From the NCBI GenBank assembly GCA_965206745.1, contig OZ242220.1, positions 1,472,001 to 1,536,000 on the forward strand: a DNA stretch of 64,000 nucleotides, read 5' to 3'. The text below holds more notes on this DNA, generated by a model. That model did not search any database, had not been told where the DNA came from, and saw nothing but the letters and a program-made list of their open reading frames with translations. This DNA comes from Nitrosopumilus sp. (GTDB taxonomy: Archaea > Thermoproteota > Nitrososphaeria > Nitrososphaerales > Nitrosopumilaceae). The first letter of the stretch is position 1. The stretch is not shown here.

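Noticed and set aside
63812-63814. ORF-track start of the giant protein
   Set aside because: Internal GTG (Val) in mid-domain. The frame is open for a further 62 codons to the window edge.
11016-63866. Numerous 60-314 aa plus-strand and alternative-frame ORFs inside the giant gene
   Set aside because: They are antisense or off-frame shadows of the biased codon usage (Ser/Val/Gly/Pro-rich) and repeat exactly with the cassettes. Used only as repeat markers.

Overview
Archaeal DNA, most likely from an ammonia-oxidising archaeon of the Nitrosopumilaceae (Thaumarchaeota). The call rests on the acetyl-/propionyl-CoA carboxylase operon, archaeal RFC large subunit, DUF1059-type protein and TATA boxes about 25-30 nt upstream of starts. 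Bases 1-10,340 are a housekeeping block: carboxyltransferase/biotin carboxylase/biotin carrier operon, Cys-rich Zn-finger protein, rfcL, a conserved hypothetical with possible isoprenoid-synthase motifs, inositol monophosphatase/FBPase, ferredoxin-NADP reductase, DUF1059 protein, a HemA-like protein lacking the catalytic Cys, and an Ala-rich hypothetical. The remaining 53.3 kb (10,661 to the window end) is one uninterrupted minus-strand ORF of at least 17,779 aa whose start lies outside the window. It encodes an acidic, sequon-rich chain of roughly 170 cadherin/He_PIG-like Ig domains. Its central 41 kb is built from near-identical DNA cassettes (periods 5,853, 8,061 and 16,656 bp) with mosaic variant patterns. 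It also carries a 24 x 21-bp (PDGTITT-type) insertion, a single-copy domain of a different type and a distinct ~325-aa C-terminal domain. No rRNA, tRNA, CRISPR array or transposase was recognised.
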